Source: Dipteris shenzhenensis (lineage: Eukaryota). From it: a stretch of 64,000 nt of DNA. Both the position numbers and the translations under genes were made by a program. Under the pieces are notes generated by a model, which was not told the origin of the DNA, made no database searches, and worked only from the letters and a program-made list of their open reading frames with translations. Position 1 is the stretch's first letter. Each line of letters starts with the position of its first letter. Positions 27,070 through 38,238 of the stretch are shown piece by piece. The stretch lies in NCBI GenBank assembly GCA_047967505.1, contig CM106538.1; one strand, 5' to 3'.

Positions 27070-28560
27070 ATGGCCAGTGACCATTGTGACATAATTCTTG
27101 GCAAGTGTGTTGCCCACACCTCAGTATTTAACCACATACAAGTGTGCAAAGATGAGGATCATCGTCTCCCAGAAGGCCACCATTGTCACATCATTAGCCA
27201 ACCGACATCACTTGTTGATACACCTGTGTCTTCCATAGCTCTTCCAACTCCCAATAACTCTTAAATGGGTTGCTTACCACATGGGCATGTCTGGACCTTT
27301 CCTGGTGTTGATTCACAACCTCAACATTGTCCGGCATGACATCTTTTACTACACAAGTGTCCTTCACATTGAAGCTTGTTCGTTGTCACAAGAAAACACA
27401 CATTTGTCCCAGTGGAGGTTCCCTTGTAAACTCATATTAGCACACGTCCTTGCCTCTGTTTTCCCGCCAAAGAAGCACTTCACTGGCAATATTGCATCAC
27501 AGACCCCACAAGGACCTTCATGGTAGATCTTTGCACAATAATGTCTCCCACAATGCAGCTGATGGCCACAAGGCTTCCCACAGCTCAGAGCACTGATGTG
27601 TATGACTAGTCTTTCCAAATGAAAAGAACTGGGGGCCAACCAAGGCGTTACGAGGAAGGCAAGGGTACCCAGGGCAGCACTTCATAGTGCAAATGTGTTG
27701 GCAATGGATGTTCCTTCCTGAGTTCAATGGTTTCTTGCAAGCCCCCCCACAAGAATGGGGTGTGATATAACCTAAGGCTCTAAAACTTGCCCACAATAGC
27801 ATCTATATCTAATCTGATCAGCACTTACAAACTGTGGAACACTGGCAACCAGGACACCTCCAATTTCCTGCTGTCATCTGGCTCAAAGCAGAAAGAGATA
27901 CATGTATAGAAATTGGTGCTCTTGCCCATTTCCTGACGCAAGCAATATGAATAAGGTGAATGATAATAAATCATTCATAAGGTCTGCCCGAGATCCATAT
28001 AGCGATAGAGGGTGGAGATGATGAATTGAAAGCCATGAGAGAGAGAGAGAGAGAGAGAGAGACACACACACACACACACACACGTTAAAAAGGTGGAGGA
28101 TATCTAGAGGAAACAATCTTGTTTTCACAAGTGGCATGCATTTAATCAAAGGCAACGCAAACCACATAAAATCCACAACTAAAAGGCCATAGTTTGAAAA
28201 CAATAGGTGATAGGTGAGGGCAACTCCAAAGGAAGAAAGACTAGGCATTAAAGCACTTTGACGATGGAGCCTCCAATAATAAAGAAACCTCCACTTGCAA
28301 TAACTAATGGACCAAGCCAATTGCAAAAAAAGAAGAATTTCCAAATTTCCAATAATATGGATTTTTAGCTTTGCAAAAGTAGAACCGTTGCTAAGGCTAC
28401 CCATAGGGCAGGCCAAAAATGGAGTAGCAACCTCAGCAACACCAAATAGCAGCTTCCCTCTTCACCATGTCGTAACATATCATGCACTCAACTGGTCCCC
28501 TTCTCAACTTTTCCTCGAGCTCTTGGACAAGCTGGATCTTCTTCTTAATAAGAAGATCAA
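27070..28560 (-). pseudogene. NF-X1-type zinc-finger gene (NFXL1-like) pseudogene, 3'-truncated
   Basis: LVQELEEKLRRGPVECMICYDMVKREAAIWCC*GCYSIF, then an insertion at ~27950-28414, then HIACVRKWARAP, NWRCPGCQ, TPHSCGGACKKPL, CGRHYCAKIYHEGPC. Stops and frameshifts present; 5' boundary uncertain. Confidence 0.88.
28037..28083. repeat. Compound (GA)n(CA)n microsatellite
   Basis: Read directly from the sequence. Confidence 0.95.
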
Positions 28561-29085
28561 GAGCTAGGCGACCGTAGCCACACGATATCCTGAAATCATT
28601 GCACCCCATGACACCACGCCTCGATCTTGCAATTGAAGACGTGTCCATACTGTACATATCCTGCAATGAATGGTTCCCAGGAGATACCATCTTGATTGGG
28701 TAAATCATCAAACACACGGTGTGCATATAAACAATGCCACGAGCTGCGACGTAACGTCCCGATTCCCCACCTTGTTTGACATTGAAAGGATTCGTCGCAC
28801 CAGCAGTTGCATCCGGCGCTGATTCCGCTCTCCAAGAGTTGCTGGAATTTCATTGCCTGCCTACAGCTGCCACCCGATTGGCTCTCAAACCGACCCTCTC
28901 TCCAACTGCATCATATTCCTCATTGGTTCTGAAGTTTAGGGATCCCACAACAATGGTCTGTCTGCGTGGCTCTCTCATCCTCTTTTCGGCGCATACATGC
29001 TATCTCGCTTAGAACCAAAACTTCCTAAAGTTGGTTCTTCTACACAACCGCGCTTTCTCCTAATCTCTGGCTGTTGTTCGCCTTC

Positions 29086-31211
29086 ATGTTTCAGAGGGAT
29101 GTGGACCAATGTGAGGAGAACCGGGGGCTTCGACCACCCTACTCGGAGTCACTGCTACATGACGACGAACGTGCTGAAAGAGGCAGGTCAATGGATTGGC
29201 TGGGACGACCTGCAGACAATAGACATGAGCTTGGCGGCTGGACATGCTCTTTGTGTGCTCTTGGTATGGATGATTGGCTTCCTTGAAAAGAATCGGGTGA
29301 TTGAAATTCTTCTAGACACCTGTAACCAGTTAGTGTGGATGTGATCATTACAGGAGCATATGGGCTCATTTGCTCTGCATTATCCGGCATTGTTGGCAAC
29401 CTAGTACTTTACTTCGTGGATGTGTTGAGCGAAACAAATGCTGCGGCAGCCAATAACGTGAACTATCTCGCGGGAACTTTATGCCTTTCTTCTATCATAG
29501 GAGCTTTCATAAGCGATGCCTATATGGGACGTTTGTGGGGTTCCGTCGTATTCGAGATCCTTTCCGTTCTCGTAAGTGATTACAATCGATCCCTACAAGT
29601 TCTCGTAGCTACATCAGCATATGAAGCAAAATAATTTTGCACACTATGTACTGCAGAGTTTTGGGTTGTGTAGCTCGGCCGCTATGCTGATGACAGGCAA
29701 TGGATCGCCAAGTGCGGGTTCACGGACATGGTTGTTTTGTTCGCTATATCTTATGGTAATGGCGTGTGGATCGACCTATCCAAACCTTTCGGCGCTGGGA
29801 GCAGATCAGTTGCGTTCGCATGATCAGAGGACTCGATTCTTCACAATTTTAGCCATGATCATTAGTGTGGCAGAAATCTTTGCAACCACGGGCATAACCT
29901 ACCTTGACAACAAGGAGCTTTGGGTTTTGAGCTTCTGGCTTTGCACGGGAGAAGCAGCCGCCGGACTGATCTTGAGTCTTTATGCAGCAAGAAAGTGTCG
30001 ACAATACCGAGTAGGAGGCAATCCACTTGTGCGAGTGGCTCAGGTGGTGGTGGCGGCCACAAGGAATCGGAAGCGGAAGGGTTCAGGATTATTGCACGAG
30101 GCGAAAGGGAAGCTTTCAGCGATCCCAGGCTGTCGGAAACTTCCGCATACTTATACCTTCAGGTGACTGAAACAAGGTTTCGATGCGGTTGAACGAAGGT
30201 AGCCAGCTGGGCAGCGACATATGATAGGGGGGCAATGAGAGGAGGCAAAGTGGGGTGAATTGAATTTGCAAGGAAAGACTTGACGTAAGCGAGCTGGCAG
30301 GTATTTGGACAAAGCTGCAGCGCTGACGATATGCGAAGGAGGAAAGCAGGAGGAGGCGGAGAGTCCATCGCCATGGCGATTGTGCACGGTGACGCAGGTG
30401 GAGGAGGTGAAGTGCCTGTTGCGAGTGCTTCCCGTGGGCCTGGCATGCGCGTCTGTGGAGGCGAGTTCTTCGACCTTTTATCAATGATCATATTCTTTAC
30501 CTTTTTGTGATTTGATACCAGCTTTGTCTTATCGTGAATGAAGAACTTCTTTCTTCCTGCTCACAGGTTGTATGTGCTCAGAATAACACGCTCTTCATTG
30601 AGCAAGCGGCATTGATGGATCAGAGGGTGGGTACAGGCCTCACCATAGCACCCGCATCCATGCAGTTGTTAAACACAGCAGGAGCCCTACTTACGGGCTT
30701 CCTCTACAATGCATTTGGTGCTCGCCTACTCCATGGCTACGTGACGTCCCTCCACATGCAAGGCTTAGCCATGGTTGTTAGCATCGCCTCCATGGTCATA
30801 GCCGCCCTAGTGGAGGCCCATCGCCTGCATATTGCCCACGAGGGGCGTCTCATCTCTATCATGTGGCTCATTCCTCAATTCTTCTTGTCTGGTGTGTCCA
30901 TCAACCTTCTATATGCTGGTTCCCTTGATTTCTTCTATAATGAGGTCTCCGATGGCATGCGCACGATTAGCACCTCCTTAAGCACACTCTTCTTGGGCTC
31001 TGGCAACTACTTGAGTTCCATCTTCATCATCATTATTACAACTATCACCACTCAAGGTGGTCAATTAGGATGGATCCCTAAGGATTTGAACGATGGCCAC
31101 GTCGATTACGTTTATTGGTTCCTTGCTTGTTTCTTAAGTTGTGCTTTGGCCTTGTATGCCACATATGCTCATTTCTACACATACATTTCAAGTAGATATG
31201 AACAACCTTGA
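29086..31211 (+). CDS. NRT1/PTR family (NPF) transporter, NPF7-like, 568 aa; exons 29086-29263, 29354-29571, 29657-30162, 30301-30460, 30567-31211
   Basis: Spliced frame is open throughout (1707 nt). NPF motifs: GNLVLYF...AANNVN, GAFISDAYMGR, LGADQ, GGNPLVRVAQVVVAA, FRYLDKAA, PWRLCTVTQVEEVK, IMWLIPQF, GWIPKDLNDGHVDY. Introns 1-3 are GT-AG and intron 4 is GC-AG. The start codon is the least certain part. Confidence 0.9.
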
Positions 31212-32282
31212 ATGGGATTTCGAAGACATCTTTTGTAATTATCACATCAAGTCCTAATGGCAGCTACATTGTCCATTACATAAAGGCCTTGTGGCACCTT
31301 GGCCATCTACCTAAATGTCCATGTCATGTTTACAGTTACAAAAAATCAATCGACTTGAACAAGTCTTTAACATTATTTAAGAGAGAAATTTTAATAGTTA
31401 TTTATAAAAGTGGATTTGGCCACTTCAAACAGGGGGCTTTTTCATGTTTTTTACTTTGTCAAAATGATAGGTGTTGGTATAGCGTCAATTCTTTTTGGAA
31501 GTAAGCATCAATATATTTTGCCTTAAATTAAAGAATGAAATTTGGTTTCTATTTTTGCAAAAGCTTTACCTTGCATTGTTTTGTGAGGGCACATGTAGGT
31601 TTCCATCCTACTTTATCCCATGTTGAAAGTGTAGAGTTAAAATTCTATTCCTAGCTAATAGAATACTTTTTTCCACTCACCAAGCTTTGTCTTTTATGTT
31701 GAGTGATTTGGAGGGTGTATCATAAAAGAAATGCTAAAATATGATTCATTAGTATTCTTCACATGCATGGATATTATATGTTCTCCAAATATCGAGCTGC
31801 TCTGCACTTGTCAAATACCACCAGTCAATCATTGTGTTCAAGCTTCGCACTCAAGGCTTTCTTGCTTCATGAAAACCTCATCAGCAAGGCTATTCTTGTG
31901 TAATCTTAAATAGAAATCCATGTGATCCATTTAAAGTTTAGGCCCGCTAGCAACGCTAGCACATAGCTAGAAGTTGGTCATGGTGGGGAGGTGGTAGCTT
32001 GATGTATAGGAATTACTCACAAGAAGTTTTTGCTATTTTTACTATTATAGAAGTATTGCTAGTTCTTATTAGTAGCTTTCACCCATTCCCCACCAACAAG
32101 AGGAAAACTTGGAATATCATTCACCCCTCATTCACCCTCACTTTAGATTTCATACAAATATTGACACAAAATCCATCATTAGGAACATAATCCAAAGCTA
32201 GTAGAAGTAAATCCATGCCAGTGACATGAATTTAGTTTTGATCTAGTTTTGATGTGCATTCTAGACAATGATACTTCTCCTT

Positions 32283-34900
32283 CATTAGGGGATAAATGGG
32301 GTCTCAAAAGGGCCTCCAATTAGTGTTTTCTAATTTCAAGGGATTAGAGAGGGATTTGAGGTGTACCAATGAGAGTGCTCCTTTGTGTGGGGCAATGGTA
32401 TGTTGGGATGGAGGGATAGCAGGCATGCAGAGATCCCCTATTGGCTATTCCTCTTGAATTGGGGACCACCCAAACCATCCTCCCCCCCTTAACCCATGCT
32501 TGACCACCCTCCCATGTGCACCCACCCCAAATCAGCCCCAAATCTCATTTCAGTCTTTGTGGGCCCTTGTGGGCGAATTTCTCTTATCCTTGGGTGTATT
32601 GCAGCTCTGTCCCTTCTTTCTCTATTCCTTTGATCTGGTCCAACTACCCTCTCCCTCCATTATGGGACCTTTTGGACGAATTTCTTTTGTCCTTTAGCCT
32701 ACTGCTGCAGGCCTGTCCCCTTTCTCTGCTCCTCTACTCTAGTCTAATCGCCCTCTCCCTCCATTGTGGGACCTTTTGGACAAATTTCTTTTATCTTCTA
32801 GCCTAATGTAGGCCTGCCCCCTCTCTCTCTTCTCCTCTACTCTAGTCCAACTGCTCTCTCCCTCCATTTTTAAAAATTTGGGTTGCAGCACCTCCTACAA
32901 CTGGTCTTCTCTCTCCTCCTCTTCTCACTATTTCTGTGCCTCCTCTTGCTCTACCTTCGCCTTGTCTTTCCTCTCTTGATTTGCCCTCTCTTGCTCTATG
33001 GCCTCTTACTCAGCCCTCTCCTAAAGTTCTCTTTCCCTTCTGTAGGTGCTTTTCCTTCTGGTATAGGTGCTCTTTTCCCTCCTTTAGGCACTTTTCCTTC
33101 TACTACAACAATTGTTTGCCCTCCTATAGGTGCTCTCTCCCTCTTGCTTTTCCCTCTCATATAGGATACAATTGCTCTTTCCCCTCCTATAGCTATTGTT
33201 TTCCCAACATGCATGGTCTGGAACACAGTTTCACAAGATGGCAATGATGTGAGCTCTAGTATATTCTGGATGCATGGTCATCAAGATATTGACACAAGCT
33301 GGCAATATTGTGAGCTCCAGTGTGTTGTAGAGGCATGGTTAAGAACAAAGTGACCAAAGTGACCAAAGCTGGCAATATTGTGAGCTCTAGTGTGTTCTAG
33401 AGGCATGGTCAGGAAGAAAGTGATAGAAGTTGACACTACTGTGAGCTCTAGTGTGTTCCAAAACATGAAAAATGCATTGGATGACTTGAACTTACAATTT
33501 TACTAACTAGATAGTCATGGAACATTTTGCCAAGGGTCCACATAAGCTTTCCAAGAGGAAAGATGTATTTCTATGTACCTTCCTTGCCTATCTTCTTTAC
33601 AAGTGTAGGTGTCAAGTGCCTATTTTAACATAGGAGTGGGAAGTAGTGGAATCTTTGATATAACTGACAATGGACTATCTCTAAGTTATGTGCAAGAATA
33701 CCTTTTAGTCATGGACAACGAAATGTATAGTCCTTCAACTTTACTTGAAATGGTGAAATGGTAGGCAAGAATCTAGAGAAATGTATGAAAAATGTCCATT
33801 TTATCCCTCATGCAACATCAAACAATGTGTTTGACTAGTATAGGCTATTTATAAATTGTAGGTTGGGCATTTTGGCATTTCCATAGGTTTTCTTCATGAC
33901 TTGGAGGACATTAAAAACATTGATGCATTTATTTTGATGGTTTTATTGTGTGGTTTCGTGTCCTAAGTTTTCAAGTAATATGTATAAAGTTTTCATGCCT
34001 AAAGTTTTCATGTCTAAAATTTACAGTTTATACCTATTTGCCTTGCTTGCATCATGCAAAGGTCAATAAACACTGGAAGAGAGGAAAATTTTTGGAGAAT
34101 AATCATGATTGAAGGAGACAATGCTATGATGGTAAGCATCCTATGTATTGATTAATATTTTATGGTCTTTTAATGTAATGTGCTTTGTTAGGTCTGCTAA
34201 TGTAATGGTTGTTGAATTGATGCAGGAGGTGTTTGAGATTAAGGAGTTATCTCCTCGACATGCCAACTTTCATAGCACATTTGGTTGAAATCACTCATTA
34301 GTGCACTATATTAGTTGAGTAGGAGGATACGCTATGGTCTTCCACATCCAATTTTTAGAATGTCCTACTTAACTACTGAAGTGCATCAAAGTATTGACAG
34401 CTTGATCATTGTGATCCACATTACATGGCTTCCCCTATTGCATTGTATCCAATTGGCAATGGTGTAAAAAACTTTGTGCTTGGCTACCCTGAGAGGAGAG
34501 CCTTAATGGTATTTGTATTAGGATCTTACTTGGGGATTTCAAAAGCCTCATTTTTCTATGTATTAGATGTAGCAAAGAGGAGGTACAGGCTATAAAGAGT
34601 CTTTGTATTTGAATGGAGAGATTATAATACAAAAATGTACATTTAATCACATTCTCTTCCTTGCAAGATACCATGTCATAAGCAATAAATTTGATTTAGT
34701 CATGGTTAAATTTTGAATGTTTTGTTAATGCAATATAAGGTAATGTTGCTTTGAATTGTAGAGTATTGAATACACCACCTCCAAGTTTGTTGTGTAGATC
34801 TACATGAACCTTTTATATGCAAACTTGTCCCTTATCCTTCATTTGTATCCAAAGTAATTACAAATTTATGACCCCCTCAACTTGTGACTGATTTTTAAAT
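32283..34900 (+). mobile_element. 'CATTAGGGG' element copy 2 with a degenerate, possibly intron-containing coding remnant (KDZ/Zisupton-like, tentative)
   Basis: Same 5' boundary as 13167; 33465-33570 is homologous to 38083-38185. Remnant peptides GWAFWHF, ICLAC...IMIEGDN and LRGE...DL...KPHF...DVA. 3' end undefined. Confidence 0.45.
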
Positions 34901-35140
34901 GTCTTCTACATTGAAATTGAACATTTGGGTCCATTCAAATATCATAGAGCTACTCATGCTCTTGATTGTGAACTATAAATATTTGCAATCGGAGTTATAG
35001 CGCAAAAGTTATAGCTATTTTACTATTCTCTTCATATTCCATGCAATTAAGTTCTATTACTTGTATATTTTTTTTTATAGAACTAATTTAGGAAAATATT
35101 ATGAATATTCCAAGTCAAAAAAATATTCTCAACCAAGTTT

Positions 35141-35410
35141 GGTCATTTTAGTGACCATTTATGGCAAATGTAGGATGAATTCGACCACGGCGAAGAGGGC
35201 AAAGTTCATTAGGATGTCATGGGGTGTCCAAAAATGCCAAAACCCGCCACGATGTGAATTTGGCCATTTGGAGGGTGTCCAAATGGCCAAATTCGTGCAG
35301 TGGTGGGTTTTGGCATATGTGGACACCCCATGATGTCCTAATCAACTTTGCCTTCTGCGCTGCGGTCAAAATTCCTCCTACATTTGCCAAAAATGGACAT
35401 TTAAATGGCC
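35141..35410. repeat. Long imperfect palindrome 1 (~130-bp arms, GGGTG loop 35273-35277)
   Basis: Core GAATTTGGCCATTTGGA-gggtg-TCCAAATGGCCAAATTC; arms pair out to ggcaaatgtagg / cctacatttgcc. Confidence 0.9.
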
Positions 35411-35959
35411 GAAGTTGTCAAATTCCTTCATTTGTCCTTTCAAAATGTATATTTCTTCATAGAAAGTCATGACATGCATCAATCCTTTACAAGGTGATAT
35501 AATAGCCAACCTAAAAATTAAAACAAAAGATACATGGATGCAACCAACCTCCATGACCAAGAAAACATAGAAAATGAAATTTTTAGATTCCTCTTCAAAA
35601 CATATATTTTCTCATGTAATGCATTAAATTATTTCAAGGTGATTTAGTGATATTAAATCAAAAATTACATTGACATAGACAACCTAAAAGGTGGCTTCAA
35701 AGGCAAGATAAACAAAGAAAATGAAAATTGATAAGGCGATGTAGTGGAAGATCAAAGTCTTTTGGATTAAATAAAAAATTACATTGACATAGCCGACTGA
35801 TAAGGTTCCTCCAAGGGCAAGAAATTATATAGAAAATATATTGCCTAAGGGTCTTACCAGAGCTATGCTACAAGGCACATGAGTTGTGATATTGACCAAC
35901 CATCATTTGCTAAGTTACTTTGTAAATATTTTATTTTCTATGTTTATCTATGTTGAAGG

Positions 35960-36368
35960 TGATGCACCCCATGACTTTCTATAAAGACGCATGGATTTCA
36001 AATAGATAGATGAGGGAATTTGACAATTCGGGCCATTCCAAAGTCCATTTTTGGCAAATGTAGAAGTAATTTGATGGCGACACAAAAGACAAAGTTGGTC
36101 CAGACGTCATGGGGTGTCCAAAAATGCAAAACCCACCACGACGTGAATTTGGTCATTTGGAGGGTGTCCAAATGGCCAAATTCGTGCCATGGTGGGTTCT
36201 AGCATTTCTGGACACCCCACGATGTCCCGACCAGCTTTGCCTTTTGCACCGCGATCAAATTCATCCTACATTTGCCAAAAAAGGACATTGAAATGGCTAA
36301 AGCTGTCAAATTCCTCCATCTACACCTTCAAAATCTATATTTCTTCATAGAAAATCATGAAATGCATC
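35960..36368. repeat. Long imperfect palindrome 2 (~200-bp arms, GGGTG loop 36162-36166)
   Basis: Direct paralogue of palindrome 1; arms pair out to gatgcaccccatgactttctat / atagaaaatcatgaaatgcatc. Confidence 0.9.
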
Positions 36369-37775
36369 AATCCTTTACAAGGTGATGCAAAAAAATCTCA
36401 AATTTTGGTTTTTAAACACTCCATTTAATCAATGTGGTGCCATGGTCAAATCCCTTCTACATATGTATTGGAATGGACAAACTTGGCAAACAGCATTTTA
36501 TTGACTTGTAAGTTACATCAAAATGTCATATAACTTTTGTGTGCAAGCTGATATAAAAAAAGATGGAATATTAAAAACAACAGATAATTAAAATAGCCAT
36601 AACAAAAGATTCACCATTTGGCCATAGATACATTAAAAATTTTAGCTTTTAATAGAAGAAGATTATTATAGAAATAGGTGTTTCTATTTCAAATTGTATT
36701 ACAAAGAGGCTTCATAGCCTATTTCTCTTCTTCTTCAGCTCTAATACACCAATAATAGGGTCTTTGAATCCTTGACTAAGTCCTTAGAAAAACCACTATG
36801 GTATTTGGAATCTCACATTCAACTCATAAGTTTTTATAATCTCATGTATAACACATTGGAATGGATCACATAGGTTGCCTTGGGTCAATATTGTGAATTC
36901 TCCATGCCTTCTTGTCCCAAATGGATAGATTCTCCATTCTTGCTTGCTACTGCACACTTGAAGAAACATCAATTTAGAAATTTAAATTTAAATACTAATG
37001 TAATGCATCATGTGAATTATTCCTCTTCAATCAACTTCTCAACTTCAAGACTTACATTAGCACAGCAGCATGAGCTCCACAAATCTCCTTTACATCACCA
37101 TTCCCTTCAAGTCTTGCATTACCTCCAAAACAACTTGCTAATGCATGACTTTGTGTCTTTCAATATGAAGAGTCCATATCATCCATGCCCAAAATTCTCA
37201 TATCATCCTCCATGAAGTTCCTGAAAGAACAACTAAGGGAACCTTATCAAAAGCAATGCACCACAATGGATAATCCAAAGTAAGAAATTACATTGAAACA
37301 CTATGGAATTAAGCTTTTAGCTCATATTCTCCTCTTTAGAGCACCTCTAATGGTTCAAGATACTTCTTTTCTTGAAAACAAAGATCATGGATCACATATT
37401 GATCTTGCAATTGTACGTCACATGCTAACATGGGAGATCTCCTCAAATGGTGCCATCAATAGTAACAGAGTTTACAGAGACTATGATAGGCCATGATAGA
37501 AGGTAGGTCATGTTTAAGGAGGGATGAGAAGGACCATGAATGATTACGAGGGAGAAGAAGCAAGCAGAGGACTAGGTGTGAGGATGAGGGCAGACGAATA
37601 CACATGAGTAGGAGGAGTAGAAGCAACAAGAACAGGCGTGAGCATGAGGCAAGAGGTGCTTGCATGAGTAGGAGGAAGCCTTATGTATATTTATTTCTGT
37701 AAATTTTAGGAATAAAAAATATCCTTCTTTTGAACTCACGTGATAGGGTTACATATGATGAGTGACCCCCACGAG

Positions 37776-38235
37776 CTAGCTACAGTACCTCCTGTAGTGG
37801 CTGCTCATCCCCCTTTGCTCTTTCTCCCTCCATTCCTAGCTACAACACCTCCTGGAGTAGCTGCTCATCCCCCTCTACTCTTTCTCCCTCCATTCCTAGC
37901 TATAGCACCTCTTGGAGTTTCTCTCAAGCTTCAGTTGCACCCTCTATACCTTCTCCCTCTCTCTCCCTCTATCGGAGCTGCTCTCTCCCCCCAAGCTGCA
38001 CTTTCCAATCCACTATTGCTATTGTGACCTCTATACAAGCATGGTGAGGAGACCATACATGTACTTTGTGTCCCATAGGAGCAAAAATGCACTGGGTGAA
38101 TGGGTGCCTTGCACCTATAGCTTGAATGATTGGATAGTCATGAGAGGATCTACCAAGGGTCCATATAAGCTTCCCAAGAGCAAAAGAGGTGATCTTTTGC
38201 ATGAATGGAAGGGCTGCATCATGAAGCTCAAGCTT
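37776..38235 (+). mobile_element. Continuation of 'CATTAGGGG' element copy 1
   Basis: The 60-bp tandem units continue those at 13590-13712; 38083-38185 matches 33465-33570; interrupted by the Copia B2 LTR. Confidence 0.7.
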
Positions 38236-38238
38236 GGG

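Larger units (their letters stand above)
13713..37775. mobile_element. 24-kb composite TIR-bounded insertion with 8-bp TSD
   Basis: Left TIR CTCGGGGGGGTCACT (13713-13727) and right TIR AGTGACCCCCACGAG (37761-37775) match 14/15. CTAGCTAC flanks both sides (13705-13712, 37776-37783). Removing the segment restores an in-phase 60-bp tandem-repeat unit. Confidence 0.78.

Noticed and set aside
33245-33465. Repeats of GTGAGCTCTAGTGTGTT with intervening sequence, resembling a CRISPR array
   Set aside because: The spacers are similar to each other (plain ~70-bp tandem repeat), the context is eukaryotic and there are no cas genes.
36700-37480. Degenerate minus-strand gene near the right TIR that might be the family's transposase
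   Set aside because: No recognisable catalytic or DNA-binding motif could be read through the stops.
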